Source: Bacillota bacterium
GTDB lineage: Bacteria > Bacillota > SHA-98 > UBA4971
Assembly: GCA_030024085.1 (NCBI GenBank)
Contig: JASEJE010000012.1
Location: forward strand, 5,092-69,091
Direction of reading: 5' to 3'
Length of the DNA: 64,000 nt
A program made the position numbers and the translations under genes. Positions 18,314 through 27,327 of this stretch are shown piece after piece. Each line of letters starts with the position of its first letter. Positions within the stretch are counted from its first letter, which is position 1. The notes beneath the pieces were generated by a model. It saw only the letters and a list, made by a program, of their open reading frames with translations, was not told the DNA's origin and did not search any database.

Positions 18314-19102
18314 TCACTGGCTTGCAAGGGCTTCTATAGCTTCGATCGCGGTCATGCCCGTCCTGGCACAGGCCATGAGATTCTCGCGAATCCACTCCTG
18401 GTCGCGGGTGCGCACAACCTCCGCAAGAGTCGCGCCCAGCCGAGCCTGGGTGCTTTCGTCGAGCTCGTCGAAAGACGGCGCGCCGCTCGCATCGTGGTCG
18501 ACCGATCCGTCCGCTCCCTGCGCGAGGTCGGGGAAGTAACCCTGCTGCACAAGCTCGGCCATGAGGCGGAGCGTGGCCGCCAGCTTCTCCTTATCGACCC
18601 CTGCCCTCCTCGCCTGGTACGCCACGCGAGCAGCGAATTCCTCGCCCAGTCCAAGCGACCGCGCGTACCCCGCCATATCCGAACCGTCAGAGGAATCGTC
18701 ATGATCGTTATTGTTGCCATCGTCATTGTTATTGTCATTGTCATTGTTGTTGTCATTGTTAGAGCCGTCGCCGCCGCCGCCTGCGCCATCCCCCGGATCG
18801 TCCTGGCCGTCATCATGCCCGTTCCCGGCGCCGTTGCCATCATCGCGACCATCGTCATCATGGCCGCCGTCGTCATCGCCGTCCTGACCGCCGTTGCCCG
18901 CGCCGTCCCCGCCGCCCTGGTCGTCATCGTCGTCGCCAGGCCCGCCCGAGCCCGTGGAACCGCCGTCGGCCCTGAGCGCCGGGCTGCCCGTCCCCGGAGC
19001 CCCCACAGAGCCGCTCGCCCATGCAGGAAGCGCAAAGGCAAGCATGAGGACGAAGATCCCTACCATCACAACCTTCCACCATTTCCAGACCCGCCGCTTC
19101 AT
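18314..19102 (-). CDS. Secreted protein with an extreme D/G/N-rich low-complexity region
   Basis: Signal peptide MKRRVWKWWKVVMVGIFVLMLAFALPAWA, then ~110 aa of D/G/N repeats (NNDNNNDNDNNNDDGNNNDHDD), then a helical C-terminal domain with no recognisable family. Confidence 0.7.
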   Translation of the reverse strand: MKRRVWKWWKVVMVGIFVLMLAFALPAWASGSVGAPGTGSPALRADGGSTGSGGPGDDDDDQGGGDGAGNGGQDGDDDGGHDDDGRDDGNGAGNGHDDGQDDPGDGAGGGGDGSNNDNNNDNDNNNDDGNNNDHDDSSDGSDMAGYARSLGLGEEFAARVAYQARRAGVDKEKLAATLRLMAELVQQGYFPDLAQGADGSVDHDASGAPSFDELDESTQARLGATLAEVVRTRDQEWIRENLMACARTGMTAIEAIEALASQ

Positions 19103-19221
19103 GGTGCATGTACCCCCTTCTGTTGTAGTCGCGCGGTCTGGCCTACAGAGTCCCGCGCGTTTTCTGCTTCCATTATCAGGTCACGGCGAACGAGAGCACG
19201 TTGCCGCGGTCACAAGGGGGG

Positions 19222-19237
19222 TGTGTTTTTCATCACA
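19222..19237. promoter_or_regulatory. CRP-like box (TGTGT-N6-TCACA, one mismatch)
   Basis: TGTGTTTTTCATCACA lies 120-135 bp upstream of the acidic secreted-protein gene and downstream of the crp stop. Confidence 0.4.
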
Positions 19238-19324
19238 TTCCCACAAGCAGTGAAGGCCCGCACGCAGCACGGGGTATGCAGAACGGAGCGGAAAACGCGG
19301 ACAGCGGCCGAAAGCGGAAGCGTC

Positions 19325-20020
19325 TCAGGTCACGAGCCCGCGCAGGGCGTCCTCGTTCTGGATGACGAGGCGCCTGTCGTCCTCGACCGCGACGAGCCGA
19401 CTGTCGTGAAGCTCAGCGAGCACCCTTGTGACCGTCTCCCTTGTCACGCCGGCGTAGTTTGCAAGCTCCTGGTGGGTCAGCCTGACCTTGAGGCGCACGC
19501 CCTGGGCCGCCCGCTCCCCGTGAGCGCGCGCAAGCTGTAGCAGGGCCTCGATGATCCTGCCGCGCGCATCGCGAAACGCAAGGCGCTCCAGGTCCTCGTT
19601 GGTCCTGCGCAAGCGCTCGGCAAGGGTAAGTGCGATGTCGGTGGCGAGCCCCGGGGTGCTTTTCATCAGACCGAGGAATGGGTCGCGATCGATGATGAGC
19701 ACCTCGCAGTTGGAAAGGGCCTGGGCGGCGGCAGACCTGGGCGCTCCATCGAAGATGCTCATCTCGCCGAAAAAGTCCCCGGCCTCCAGGATGGCAAGGG
19801 TCTTCTCGCGCCCGTCCTCAGAGACCTTGTGGATCTTGACTGCACCTGCGGCGATTATGAGGAGAGAGCCACCGGGGTCGCCCTCGAAGAATATCGGGCT
19901 GCCGCGTTCATAGCGGCGCCTGCGCGCGATGCCCGAAAGCTTTGCAAGGCCTGCCTGGTCCAGGCCGCTGAAGAGAGGCACCGTCCCGAGGATTTCGAGG
20001 GGCTGAGAGCCTTGCAGCAA
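19325..20020 (-). CDS. crp: Crp/Fnr-family cNMP-binding transcription regulator (CRP-type recognition helix)
   Basis: cNMP-binding beta-roll (FFEGDPGGSLLIIAAGAVKI...GDFFGEMS) and an HTH LTHQELANYAGVTRETVTRVLAEL. The RETVTR matches E. coli CRP R180-E181-x3-R185. Confidence 0.9.
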   Translation of the reverse strand: MLQGSQPLEILGTVPLFSGLDQAGLAKLSGIARRRRYERGSPIFFEGDPGGSLLIIAAGAVKIHKVSEDGREKTLAILEAGDFFGEMSIFDGAPRSAAAQALSNCEVLIIDRDPFLGLMKSTPGLATDIALTLAERLRRTNEDLERLAFRDARGRIIEALLQLARAHGERAAQGVRLKVRLTHQELANYAGVTRETVTRVLAELHDSRLVAVEDDRRLVIQNEDALRGLVT

Positions 20021-20035
20021 TTGACGCCACCTCCG

Positions 20036-20923
20036 TTACCTGCCGACCACAGGCGACCACGGGCCTCGGCAGCAGTCGTCGCCGTCGTCGTCAACGTCCG
20101 CGCAATCATCTTCAGGGTTGTCGCCGGGCTTGGCGTCGCCGGGCGGCCCTCCGACATGGCCACCGTCATGGTCGGGAGGGTTCCCGGCGCCCGGGTCCTG
20201 TTTGCCGCCCTTCTCATCGTCGTCGCCGTTGTCGTTCTCATCCCCGTCATCGCTATCGCCGTTTGCGAACCGGCCTTGCTCCTCCGCCCATACCCGCTTC
20301 TCGTCGTCGCCCATCGGCTCGGGCTCTGCAGGAGCATGGCCTCGCCTGACCCGGGTAGCGTAGCCTTGAGGCACGAGTACGGCCTCGCCCGCCCCGAACA
20401 CTTCAACGACCCCGGATGCGACCGAGACCGTTGTCGCAGACTCATCGCTCACGCACACGCTGAAGTGCGTCCCGCGCACGCCTACCACCGCGCTGGGGGT
20501 CTCGACGCTAAAGCCGGCGGCGCCCGACGCGGCGGACTTCACCTTCGCCCACAGCCTTCCAATGAAGAGTCGCAAGTACAGAAGGGAGTCGAACCGGACC
20601 TCGCACCCGGGGCCAAGCGTGATGGAGCCCCCATCCGCCAGGCCAAGGACCGCCCAGGAGTCCGGGCCGCATCTTATGCGGTCCCCGCGGCATATGAGGC
20701 GGCCCACCTCGATGTCGGCCCACTTCTCGGACCTTGCAGGGAGCAGCACGCATCTTCCCTCGACTTTCGCAACGGTGGCAACCGCCTCCGCTGCAATAGC
20801 CTGCGCGCGGGCACCGCCCAAAAGTCCCCGTCCCACCCACACGCAGAGCACCGCAAGCACAAGGAAGAGAAAGAGCGCCCTCGTCCCCTGCCTTACCTGC
20901 AAACCTACGCTGAGTTGCACCAT
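20036..20923 (-). CDS. FecR-domain protein with N-terminal TM and an acidic D/G-rich C-terminal tail
   Basis: VAKVEGRCVLL...GDRIRCGPDSWAVLGLADGGSITLGPGCEV...TPSAVVGVRGTHFSV is a FecR-type beta domain. The tail reads DSDDGDENDNGDDDEKGG... Confidence 0.8.
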   Translation of the reverse strand: MVQLSVGLQVRQGTRALFLFLVLAVLCVWVGRGLLGGARAQAIAAEAVATVAKVEGRCVLLPARSEKWADIEVGRLICRGDRIRCGPDSWAVLGLADGGSITLGPGCEVRFDSLLYLRLFIGRLWAKVKSAASGAAGFSVETPSAVVGVRGTHFSVCVSDESATTVSVASGVVEVFGAGEAVLVPQGYATRVRRGHAPAEPEPMGDDEKRVWAEEQGRFANGDSDDGDENDNGDDDEKGGKQDPGAGNPPDHDGGHVGGPPGDAKPGDNPEDDCADVDDDGDDCCRGPWSPVVGR

Positions 20924-21119
20924 GCTCTTTCACCACCTGGGTGGGCCACAGGCCGTGCCCCGCGCAGCCTCAGGATCTCTTCCCTTCGCCGGACCCGCCT
21001 CATCGCTGTCGCGCGGGCGATGGCACACTCGCCCGCCGGGCGGGCCCAGCCTGCGTGTATCGGGAACGGAGGGCCTGGAAGTCCCCACCTTTACTTTGGT
21101 GTCACCGGCACGCGTTTTC

Positions 21120-21135
21120 TGTGACCGGCGTCACA
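21120..21135. promoter_or_regulatory. Perfect CRP consensus core palindrome TGTGA-N6-TCACA
   Basis: TGTGACCGGCGTCACA lies in the cyclase/FecR intergenic region, ~200 bp upstream of the FecR-crp genes. Confidence 0.6.
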
Positions 21136-21163
21136 GATCCCGGCGTAAATGTCCCCGCCGGGT

Positions 21164-21190
21164 ATCACAGGACATCACAGCACATCACAG
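21164..21190. repeat. Three direct ATCACAG (minus strand CTGTGAT) half-sites at exact 10-bp spacing
   Basis: ATCACAG at 21164, 21174 and 21184. The last copy contains the cyclase stop codon. Confidence 0.7.
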
Positions 21191-23047
21191 GAGCTCGTAG
21201 ACGTCCACAGGCGCGGCTCTGCCCCTTATCTCGATGGAGCCGACCCTGCGCGCAGCCACTGAGCCGCGTATGGCGTGGTAGGTCCATTCGCACACAAGCA
21301 CCTGCCCCGGCAGAGCCATACCCTCGAGCCTCGCCGCGAGGTTCACGGCATCGCCGATGGCGGTGTAGTCCATCCGGGCAAGGGTCCCGATGTTGCCCAC
21401 CACGGCCTCGCCCGAGGCCATCCCCACACCCACGCTGAGCCTGACGTCGCCGCCGGGGGCCGTGTCGCCGCGTTCGGTCTCCGCCCTTGGCGACGAGCAG
21501 GCTTCCCTGGTGGCAATTGCCGCCCTGGCAGCCCGAATGGCGTGGTCCCCTTGAGGAACCGGCGCTCCGAAGACGGCCATGACACCGTCCCCCGTGAACT
21601 TGTCGAGCATGCCGCCTTCTCTAAAGATGGCCTCCACCATTATGGAGAGGTGCGCGTTCAGAACGTCCACCACCCGCTCAGGATCTTCCTTCTCCGCGAA
21701 TGCTGTGAACCCCCGGATGTCGGCGAACATGACGGTCACATCGAGCCGCCTTCCGCCGAGGGTCACCGCGCCGCGGGCCCTCAGGATGTCATCGACGACC
21801 GCGGGCGAAAGATACCGGCCAAGCGTTGCCCTGATCCTGGCCCTCTCGGCCTCGGTCGTCGCGTATGCGTCGATGAGATGGCGCCCCATGCCCAGAGCAA
21901 GGAGGGCGATGACGGGCGTAGGGTCGACCCAGACGTCCATCCGCCCGAAGAGAAAAAGGCTAAGAGACGCAGTGAAGACCGCAAGGGCGAGGGAGGCGGA
22001 CGCCGCGACGGCCGGGCGAAGCCTCCGGAACGCCACTGCAAGCGTCACGGAGAGTGCCACAAGAAGCACCGCCGTGAAAAGCTCAGGGGGCTCGCGCACC
22101 ATACGGCCTTCGAGGATCGCCTGCACCGTATTGGCGTGTACCTCCACACCCGGGACCGGGTTCCCTGCGGAGGACAGGGGCGTGAAATAGAAGTCGTAGA
22201 GGCCCCGGGCGGTCACGCCGACAAGGACAATCTTTCCCTCGAGTTCGCCAGTGGCAAACTCGCCGCGAAGGACCTCGTAATAAGACAGGGTTCTGTAGCC
22301 CGGGCCGCCGGGCGAGCCTGACGAGTACCTGATGAGCACACGGCCTGTCGCGTCCATCGGGACTCTGACCGGGCCTATGTTGAGTTCGCCGGCGGCGAGT
22401 GAGATCGCACACGGCGGAAGCCCCAGGAAGAGCCTGGCGATCTCCACGTCCATCGAGTAGCGCGGCCTTCCTCCGTCCAGCACGACGGGGACATGGCGGC
22501 GCAGGATGCCGTCGCCGTCCGGCACTGCGATCACGCTGCCGACAGCGGCCGAGCGCGCCAGCGCTGGGTACGGCGGCTTCCGCGCTCCGGAGGCATAGAA
22601 CACGTGGGCGCCTCGCGGAAGCACCTTGTTTTCGGCATGGAACGGGAACACAGCGCGGCCCGAGGCCGCTGCGGCCCTCGCAAGGGCGTCGTCGGCTCCG
22701 GGGTCGCCGGACTCCTCGGGCATGATGATATCGAAGCCTATGGCTTTCGCCTTTTCGCGAGTGAGGATCTCGATCAGCCTCGCGTGGTACGACCTCGGCC
22801 AGGGCCACTGCCCGAGCCTTGCAAGAGACTCGTCGTCGATGGCCACGATGACGATACGCGACGTCGGGCCCGGGCCGGGCGCCGCCCTGTGGAACAGGTC
22901 GTACGCGGCAAGCTCCGCGCGCTCGCCGGCGCCTGTGCCGTACAGGCAGGTGACCACCATCCCTATGAGGATACCTGCAGCTATCGTTCTGGACTGCGTG
23001 AACTGCCGGGGCTCGCTGCACCCCGCCTCGGATGTGCTGCGCTTCAT
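21185..23047 (-). CDS. CHASE2-domain membrane adenylate/guanylate cyclase (class III)
   Basis: N-terminal CHASE2 (VIVAIDDESLARLGQWPWPRSYHARLI), TM helices, and a C-terminal cyclase domain VTVMFADIRGFTAF...GDGVMAVFGAP. Confidence 0.9.
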   Translation of the reverse strand: MKRSTSEAGCSEPRQFTQSRTIAAGILIGMVVTCLYGTGAGERAELAAYDLFHRAAPGPGPTSRIVIVAIDDESLARLGQWPWPRSYHARLIEILTREKAKAIGFDIIMPEESGDPGADDALARAAAASGRAVFPFHAENKVLPRGAHVFYASGARKPPYPALARSAAVGSVIAVPDGDGILRRHVPVVLDGGRPRYSMDVEIARLFLGLPPCAISLAAGELNIGPVRVPMDATGRVLIRYSSGSPGGPGYRTLSYYEVLRGEFATGELEGKIVLVGVTARGLYDFYFTPLSSAGNPVPGVEVHANTVQAILEGRMVREPPELFTAVLLVALSVTLAVAFRRLRPAVAASASLALAVFTASLSLFLFGRMDVWVDPTPVIALLALGMGRHLIDAYATTEAERARIRATLGRYLSPAVVDDILRARGAVTLGGRRLDVTVMFADIRGFTAFAEKEDPERVVDVLNAHLSIMVEAIFREGGMLDKFTGDGVMAVFGAPVPQGDHAIRAARAAIATREACSSPRAETERGDTAPGGDVRLSVGVGMASGEAVVGNIGTLARMDYTAIGDAVNLAARLEGMALPGQVLVCEWTYHAIRGSVAARRVGSIEIRGRAAPVDVYELL

Positions 23048-23122
23048 AAGTAGGATCTTCTACAGCCGTCTGCTGGACTCCTGTCTCGCCGGCCCTTGCG
23101 CAACCATCACATGGAGCCATAC

Positions 23123-23455
23123 CTAGATCCGGATGAAGTCCTCCACCTCGGTGACGAAGACTATGGCGCCCCCGGCCTCCACCTCCACCGGAACCCCCGC
23201 CGACGGCATCTGGCCCATCCCGGGTGTGAACTGGGGAGACGCCTCGACCCGTCTCGGACAGCACTCCGCGATGATGCCGATGACCTCCTGCACCCTTTCA
23301 TCCTCCACGCCGATGAGAAACGTGGTGTTGCCTTCACGCAGGAACCCTCCTGTCGACGCCAGGCGCGTGGCGCCGATGTGCCTCTCAGCGAAGGCATCGA
23401 GGAGAGCCGAGGCGTCGCTGTCCCTCACGATGGCGAACACCAGTCTCATCCCCAT
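23123..23455 (-). CDS. darA: Cyclic-di-AMP receptor, PII-like (DarA/PstA, YaaQ family)
   Basis: MGMRLVFAIVRDSDASALLDAF..TRLASTGGFLREGNTTFLIGVEDERV...VPVEVEAGGAIVFV aligns along its whole length with B. subtilis YaaQ as I remember it. Its ATG shares one nucleotide with the MFS gene stop (TGATG). Confidence 0.85.
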   Translation of the reverse strand: MGMRLVFAIVRDSDASALLDAFAERHIGATRLASTGGFLREGNTTFLIGVEDERVQEVIGIIAECCPRRVEASPQFTPGMGQMPSAGVPVEVEAGGAIVFVTEVEDFIRI

Positions 23456-24879
23456 CACCCCTCCCTTGAGATGGTTGCGCGCCCGCGGCGCACCCACTGT
23501 ACACGCGGGATCACTCGAAGCGGCCGCTCCATGATTCTGGAGAGGAACAATAGCGACACCAGACGGACGCACGTCCCTGCGTAGAAAGTAACCTGGACCC
23601 CAAACGCCCTGTAGAACACGTCCCCCAGGAACGGCGCCACGAAGGACGCGACGTTTATCATCATGTTGAACACCGCAACCGCGCTTGCGCTCCTGCCTGG
23701 CTTCGCATAGGCGAGCGCCAGGTTGAACACGGCAAGGTTGATCCCGCCGATGCAAAGCCCTGACACCACCTGCATCGCGTAAAGGTAAGACACAGACCTC
23801 GACAGCATGTAGGTAGCAGGGAACAGCGCGAGCCCGGTCATGCAGATGAGCAGCACGATCCTGTTCCCGCAGCGCGATACCACTTTCCCCCAGTACACCG
23901 AGCTTGCGACCGTGGCGAGCCCCGCGAGCGTCGCAAACCCCCCGATGGTGGTGTTCGACAGGGACAACACTTCAACGTGGTATATCGGCCACATGGCCGC
24001 CGTGAACCCGAACCCGAACCACAGCATGAAGCAACTCAGCGAGAAGAACTTGAACTTGCGGCCGTATTCCTCGTCGGTGAGAAGGTCTTTCACCCGGAGG
24101 ATGAGGCCCGGCCTCGCCCCCACTGCGCCGTCGTGTGGCGGCTTCACCTCGCGCATTCTCGACATGAACGCTATCCCGAGGGCACCGAAAGCTGTGGCCA
24201 CAACGAACAGCGCAGTGTAGTTGACGGGGAAGGCCACAATATCCAGGAGGTGCCCGGCCGCAAGGGTTCCCAGGACGCCTGTGAGCCCGACATACATGTT
24301 CCGCAGCCCGAAAACCTCGCCCCTGCGGTTCTCAGGGAACATGTCCCCCACCATCGCCGTCCAGGCCAGGCCCGATATCGCGCCTGGGACGGACATGAAG
24401 GTGACAACGGCCACGAGCGCCGCGGCCTTCATTGCCGGAGGGACCGGCAGGAACGGGATGAACGCGAGGGGCAGATAGAGCATCCTGTGCAGGCCGGCCC
24501 AGAAAAGGACCATGGGAAGCCGCGCCTTCCTCCGCTCCACCACGCTCGCGGCAGGGAGGAAGACCAGCGCGTTGGCCAGGGCCGGGGCCGAGGTGATGAG
24601 TGCCACAAAGAAGCTGGAGGCTCCAAGAGCGATCGCGTACACCCCGAGGAAAGGGTTGACGAGACCGAACGCCGTGTTGGTGGACATTCCCTCGAGCGTC
24701 GTGTATATGAAGTTGTGCCGGACCGTGCTGAATGGTCTGCTCGTGCGCCGTCGTGCCGCCTGACGCTCGACCGTGCCACGGCGCGGCCCCGGCCGGCTTG
24801 ACTCCGGCCGCCGTCGCCTCGGTATGAGACTACGAATCGCGCAGCCTCTGACCATAGCCCTGATTGCCGTGATTGCCAT
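23455..24879 (-). CDS. MFS transporter
   Basis: 12-TM-like hydrophobic profile with an Arg-rich N-terminal tail. Length is 474 aa. The start is uncertain. Confidence 0.8.
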   Translation of the reverse strand: MAITAIRAMVRGCAIRSLIPRRRRPESSRPGPRRGTVERQAARRRTSRPFSTVRHNFIYTTLEGMSTNTAFGLVNPFLGVYAIALGASSFFVALITSAPALANALVFLPAASVVERRKARLPMVLFWAGLHRMLYLPLAFIPFLPVPPAMKAAALVAVVTFMSVPGAISGLAWTAMVGDMFPENRRGEVFGLRNMYVGLTGVLGTLAAGHLLDIVAFPVNYTALFVVATAFGALGIAFMSRMREVKPPHDGAVGARPGLILRVKDLLTDEEYGRKFKFFSLSCFMLWFGFGFTAAMWPIYHVEVLSLSNTTIGGFATLAGLATVASSVYWGKVVSRCGNRIVLLICMTGLALFPATYMLSRSVSYLYAMQVVSGLCIGGINLAVFNLALAYAKPGRSASAVAVFNMMINVASFVAPFLGDVFYRAFGVQVTFYAGTCVRLVSLLFLSRIMERPLRVIPRVQWVRRGRATISREG

Positions 24880-24891
24880 GATTCCTGCCCT

Positions 24892-25974
24892 TTAACCAGC
24901 GGATTTGTCTCGGCCGCCGTCCTTCTTGGGCGGACGGCCATGCAGGTAACTTGCCGCAACCGCGACGGCTCCGACGAAAAGCGTAAGGTAATATGTCACA
25001 CCCCGCCACAGGAGCACGAACACTCCGAGCAGCCTGAACGGCACTATCGACCCGAACAGCACCGCAAGGCTCGCCTCAGCCGCTCCGCTCGACCCCGGCG
25101 TAGGGGCATATGCCGCGGCAAGATAGAATATGCCGGCCACACCCATGGTCTGAGCGAAGGGCGGGTCCACGCCGAGACCCCGCAACACGAGAACCGGGAT
25201 GGAGAACGCCATCGCCCAGCTGACAAGGCTCAGGATCGACACAGCGACGAGCGCGGGCCTTCTCTCGCGGACGAACATCCTGAACGCCGCCCGGAAGTCC
25301 CTGACCTCCGTCTTCACTTTCTCGAGGAGAAAGTCCGCGGCGTGAGCGGGCACGATCCGCATCGCGAACCTGTTGTGAAGAACACGGTCGAGGACTGCTC
25401 CGACGGACTCGGGGTAAAGCGCAAAGAAGCCCATCAGCGTCAGAACGAGGATGTAGAGAACCAGGCCGATGAAGAGCGCGACCTCGATCCCTCCGGGCAG
25501 GTCCCACGACCGGCGACCTACAATGTACCATACCGGGAAGATGAGCGTCAGGGCAAGTCTGGCAAGGGAGCTCACTATCGTCTTGACCGCAATGACCGCG
25601 GTGGATTCCCCGGCCCCGATGCCGTGCCGGTGCAGTAGGTATACCTGCAGCGGCTCGCCGCCGGTGTCGAACGGGGTGACACAGGCAGCGAAAGCCCCAG
25701 CCAGGGTTATCTGGAGCGCGCTCCAGAACCGGAGTGTTCCTCCGAGCGCCCTTACCAGCGTCTCTATGCGGGCAGCCTCGAGGATCCACCCGACTACAAC
25801 CATCAGCCCTGCGGCCGCGAGGGACACGCGGTCCACGCGGAACAGGCTCGACCAGCCTTCACGGCCCGCTGTGAGACGCATGATGAGAAACATGGCAAGG
25901 GCACTGAACAGGACCGCGCCTGCAGTTCCCTGCACGAGGCTTTTCGTGCTTCTCGGGCTTCCCGGCTCAGCCAC
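24892..25974 (-). CDS. Flippase-like / lysylphosphatidylglycerol-synthase-TM-region family membrane protein
   Basis: Multi-TM protein with the C-terminal PTPGSSGAAEASL motif typical of the UPF0104/LPG_synthase_TM family (from memory). Confidence 0.7.
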   Translation of the reverse strand: MAEPGSPRSTKSLVQGTAGAVLFSALAMFLIMRLTAGREGWSSLFRVDRVSLAAAGLMVVVGWILEAARIETLVRALGGTLRFWSALQITLAGAFAACVTPFDTGGEPLQVYLLHRHGIGAGESTAVIAVKTIVSSLARLALTLIFPVWYIVGRRSWDLPGGIEVALFIGLVLYILVLTLMGFFALYPESVGAVLDRVLHNRFAMRIVPAHAADFLLEKVKTEVRDFRAAFRMFVRERRPALVAVSILSLVSWAMAFSIPVLVLRGLGVDPPFAQTMGVAGIFYLAAAYAPTPGSSGAAEASLAVLFGSIVPFRLLGVFVLLWRGVTYYLTLFVGAVAVAASYLHGRPPKKDGGRDKSAG

Positions 25975-25995
25975 GTCGTCCCACCTTTCATCCGG

Positions 25996-27327
25996 TCATC
26001 CGGGCCGTGCGGAACACGAAACCTCTTCCCGCGAAGGAGTGAAACTCCCGATTCGCAGGTCGGGGCACCTCGCCTGGAGATCGCGTACGAAGACATCGAT
26101 TCCGAGCACCCGCCCCCTGGGACCGGGAAGGGCCCCGGTGAGCACATCAGGATCGATGTTCAGGTTTCTGAGCTGTACCATGTCTATGTGGGCTCTTTCG
26201 ATGAGAGCACACAGCGCGTCCAGCTCCTCCTCCCGGTCGGTCAGGCCGGGAAACACCAGAAGGTTCAGGGAAACAAAAACCCCGCTCGCCTTCGCGATGG
26301 CCATGGATGCTTCCACATCGGCCAGCCCGTACCCGCTCGGACGATGGTACCCGAGGTAGATCTCCTCCCTGGCACTCACCATGCTCACTCTCATGCCGTC
26401 GAGGCCGGCCTCGCATATCTTCGCCACGGCGCCGGTAAGCCCTGCACTTGTGTTAACGTTTATGAAGCCTCTCCCTCTCACTTCTGCCCTCACCCTCGCG
26501 ATGGCCCGGGCGATGAGGTCGGACTGCAGCAAGGGTTCGCCCTCGCACCCCTGCCCGAAACTTATGATCGCGTGGGCCGCGTCGCGAAGGTGCGGGAGCG
26601 CGATCTCGACCACCTCGTCCAGCGTCGGGACGAAGTCGATGCGGGTCTGCGCAGACGGGCAGCACTCTGCGGGCTGAAGCGAGATGCAGCCTATACATGA
26701 GGCCGGGCACGCAGGTGATACCGGAATCCCCGCCTCCCAGCGACGGTAGAACACGTTCTGCGCCGTGAAACAGTGGTACTCCAGCGAGCACCTGGAAAGT
26801 TGCCGGAGGATGCGGTTGCCCGGGCATTCCCTCAGCCGCGCATCGACGAGCCCGCGAAGTCCGGGCGAGTCATATTCGCGCGGGTCCCACCTGGAAGGAT
26901 CGTCCGTCTTCATTGCCGCGACGTACGGCTGCCCGTCGCCCATTCCCACCGCCGCGTACCCGTATAGTGGAAGGGCCTGATGCGCCTGCCTGGTCCCGGC
27001 AGGCACAAAAGCCGGCAGCAACGTGCGGGTGAAGCCCGCTGGCAGGAGCGCCCCCACCGCCCAGCCGGGCGTCTCGCCTTCGCCACCTCTTGTGCGGGAC
27101 GCCTGGGACATGCGCGGCCGGAGCCATATCGCAAGCGCCTCGCCGGTTGCCGGGCTCATGCCGACGGCCTGTCGGCCGGGCAGCATGGCAAAAGTGGATC
27201 CCTCGGGGAGAGGGATCATGTCGCCGCCACGGAGCTCCCAGATTTCATTCCACGAACGCCCGAGGGCCGCGAGGCTTCCCTCATCAAACATGTTCCCCCG
27301 GTCGTCCGAGTATAGAGCCCGAAACAT
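25996..27327 (-). CDS. Radical SAM protein with a ~200-aa N-terminal extension
   Basis: The CPASCIGC (CxxxCxxC) cluster followed by GEPLL and a TIM-barrel-like region. The subfamily is not recognised. Confidence 0.8.
   Translation of the reverse strand: MFRALYSDDRGNMFDEGSLAALGRSWNEIWELRGGDMIPLPEGSTFAMLPGRQAVGMSPATGEALAIWLRPRMSQASRTRGGEGETPGWAVGALLPAGFTRTLLPAFVPAGTRQAHQALPLYGYAAVGMGDGQPYVAAMKTDDPSRWDPREYDSPGLRGLVDARLRECPGNRILRQLSRCSLEYHCFTAQNVFYRRWEAGIPVSPACPASCIGCISLQPAECCPSAQTRIDFVPTLDEVVEIALPHLRDAAHAIISFGQGCEGEPLLQSDLIARAIARVRAEVRGRGFINVNTSAGLTGAVAKICEAGLDGMRVSMVSAREEIYLGYHRPSGYGLADVEASMAIAKASGVFVSLNLLVFPGLTDREEELDALCALIERAHIDMVQLRNLNIDPDVLTGALPGPRGRVLGIDVFVRDLQARCPDLRIGSFTPSREEVSCSARPG

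Noticed and set aside
22083-23264. 393-aa minus-strand ORF overlapping the cyclase gene in another frame. Similar cases are 5918-6937 within radA and 18352-19041 within the acidic protein gene.
   Set aside because: These are alternative frames of confidently assigned genes, with Arg/Gly-rich composition.
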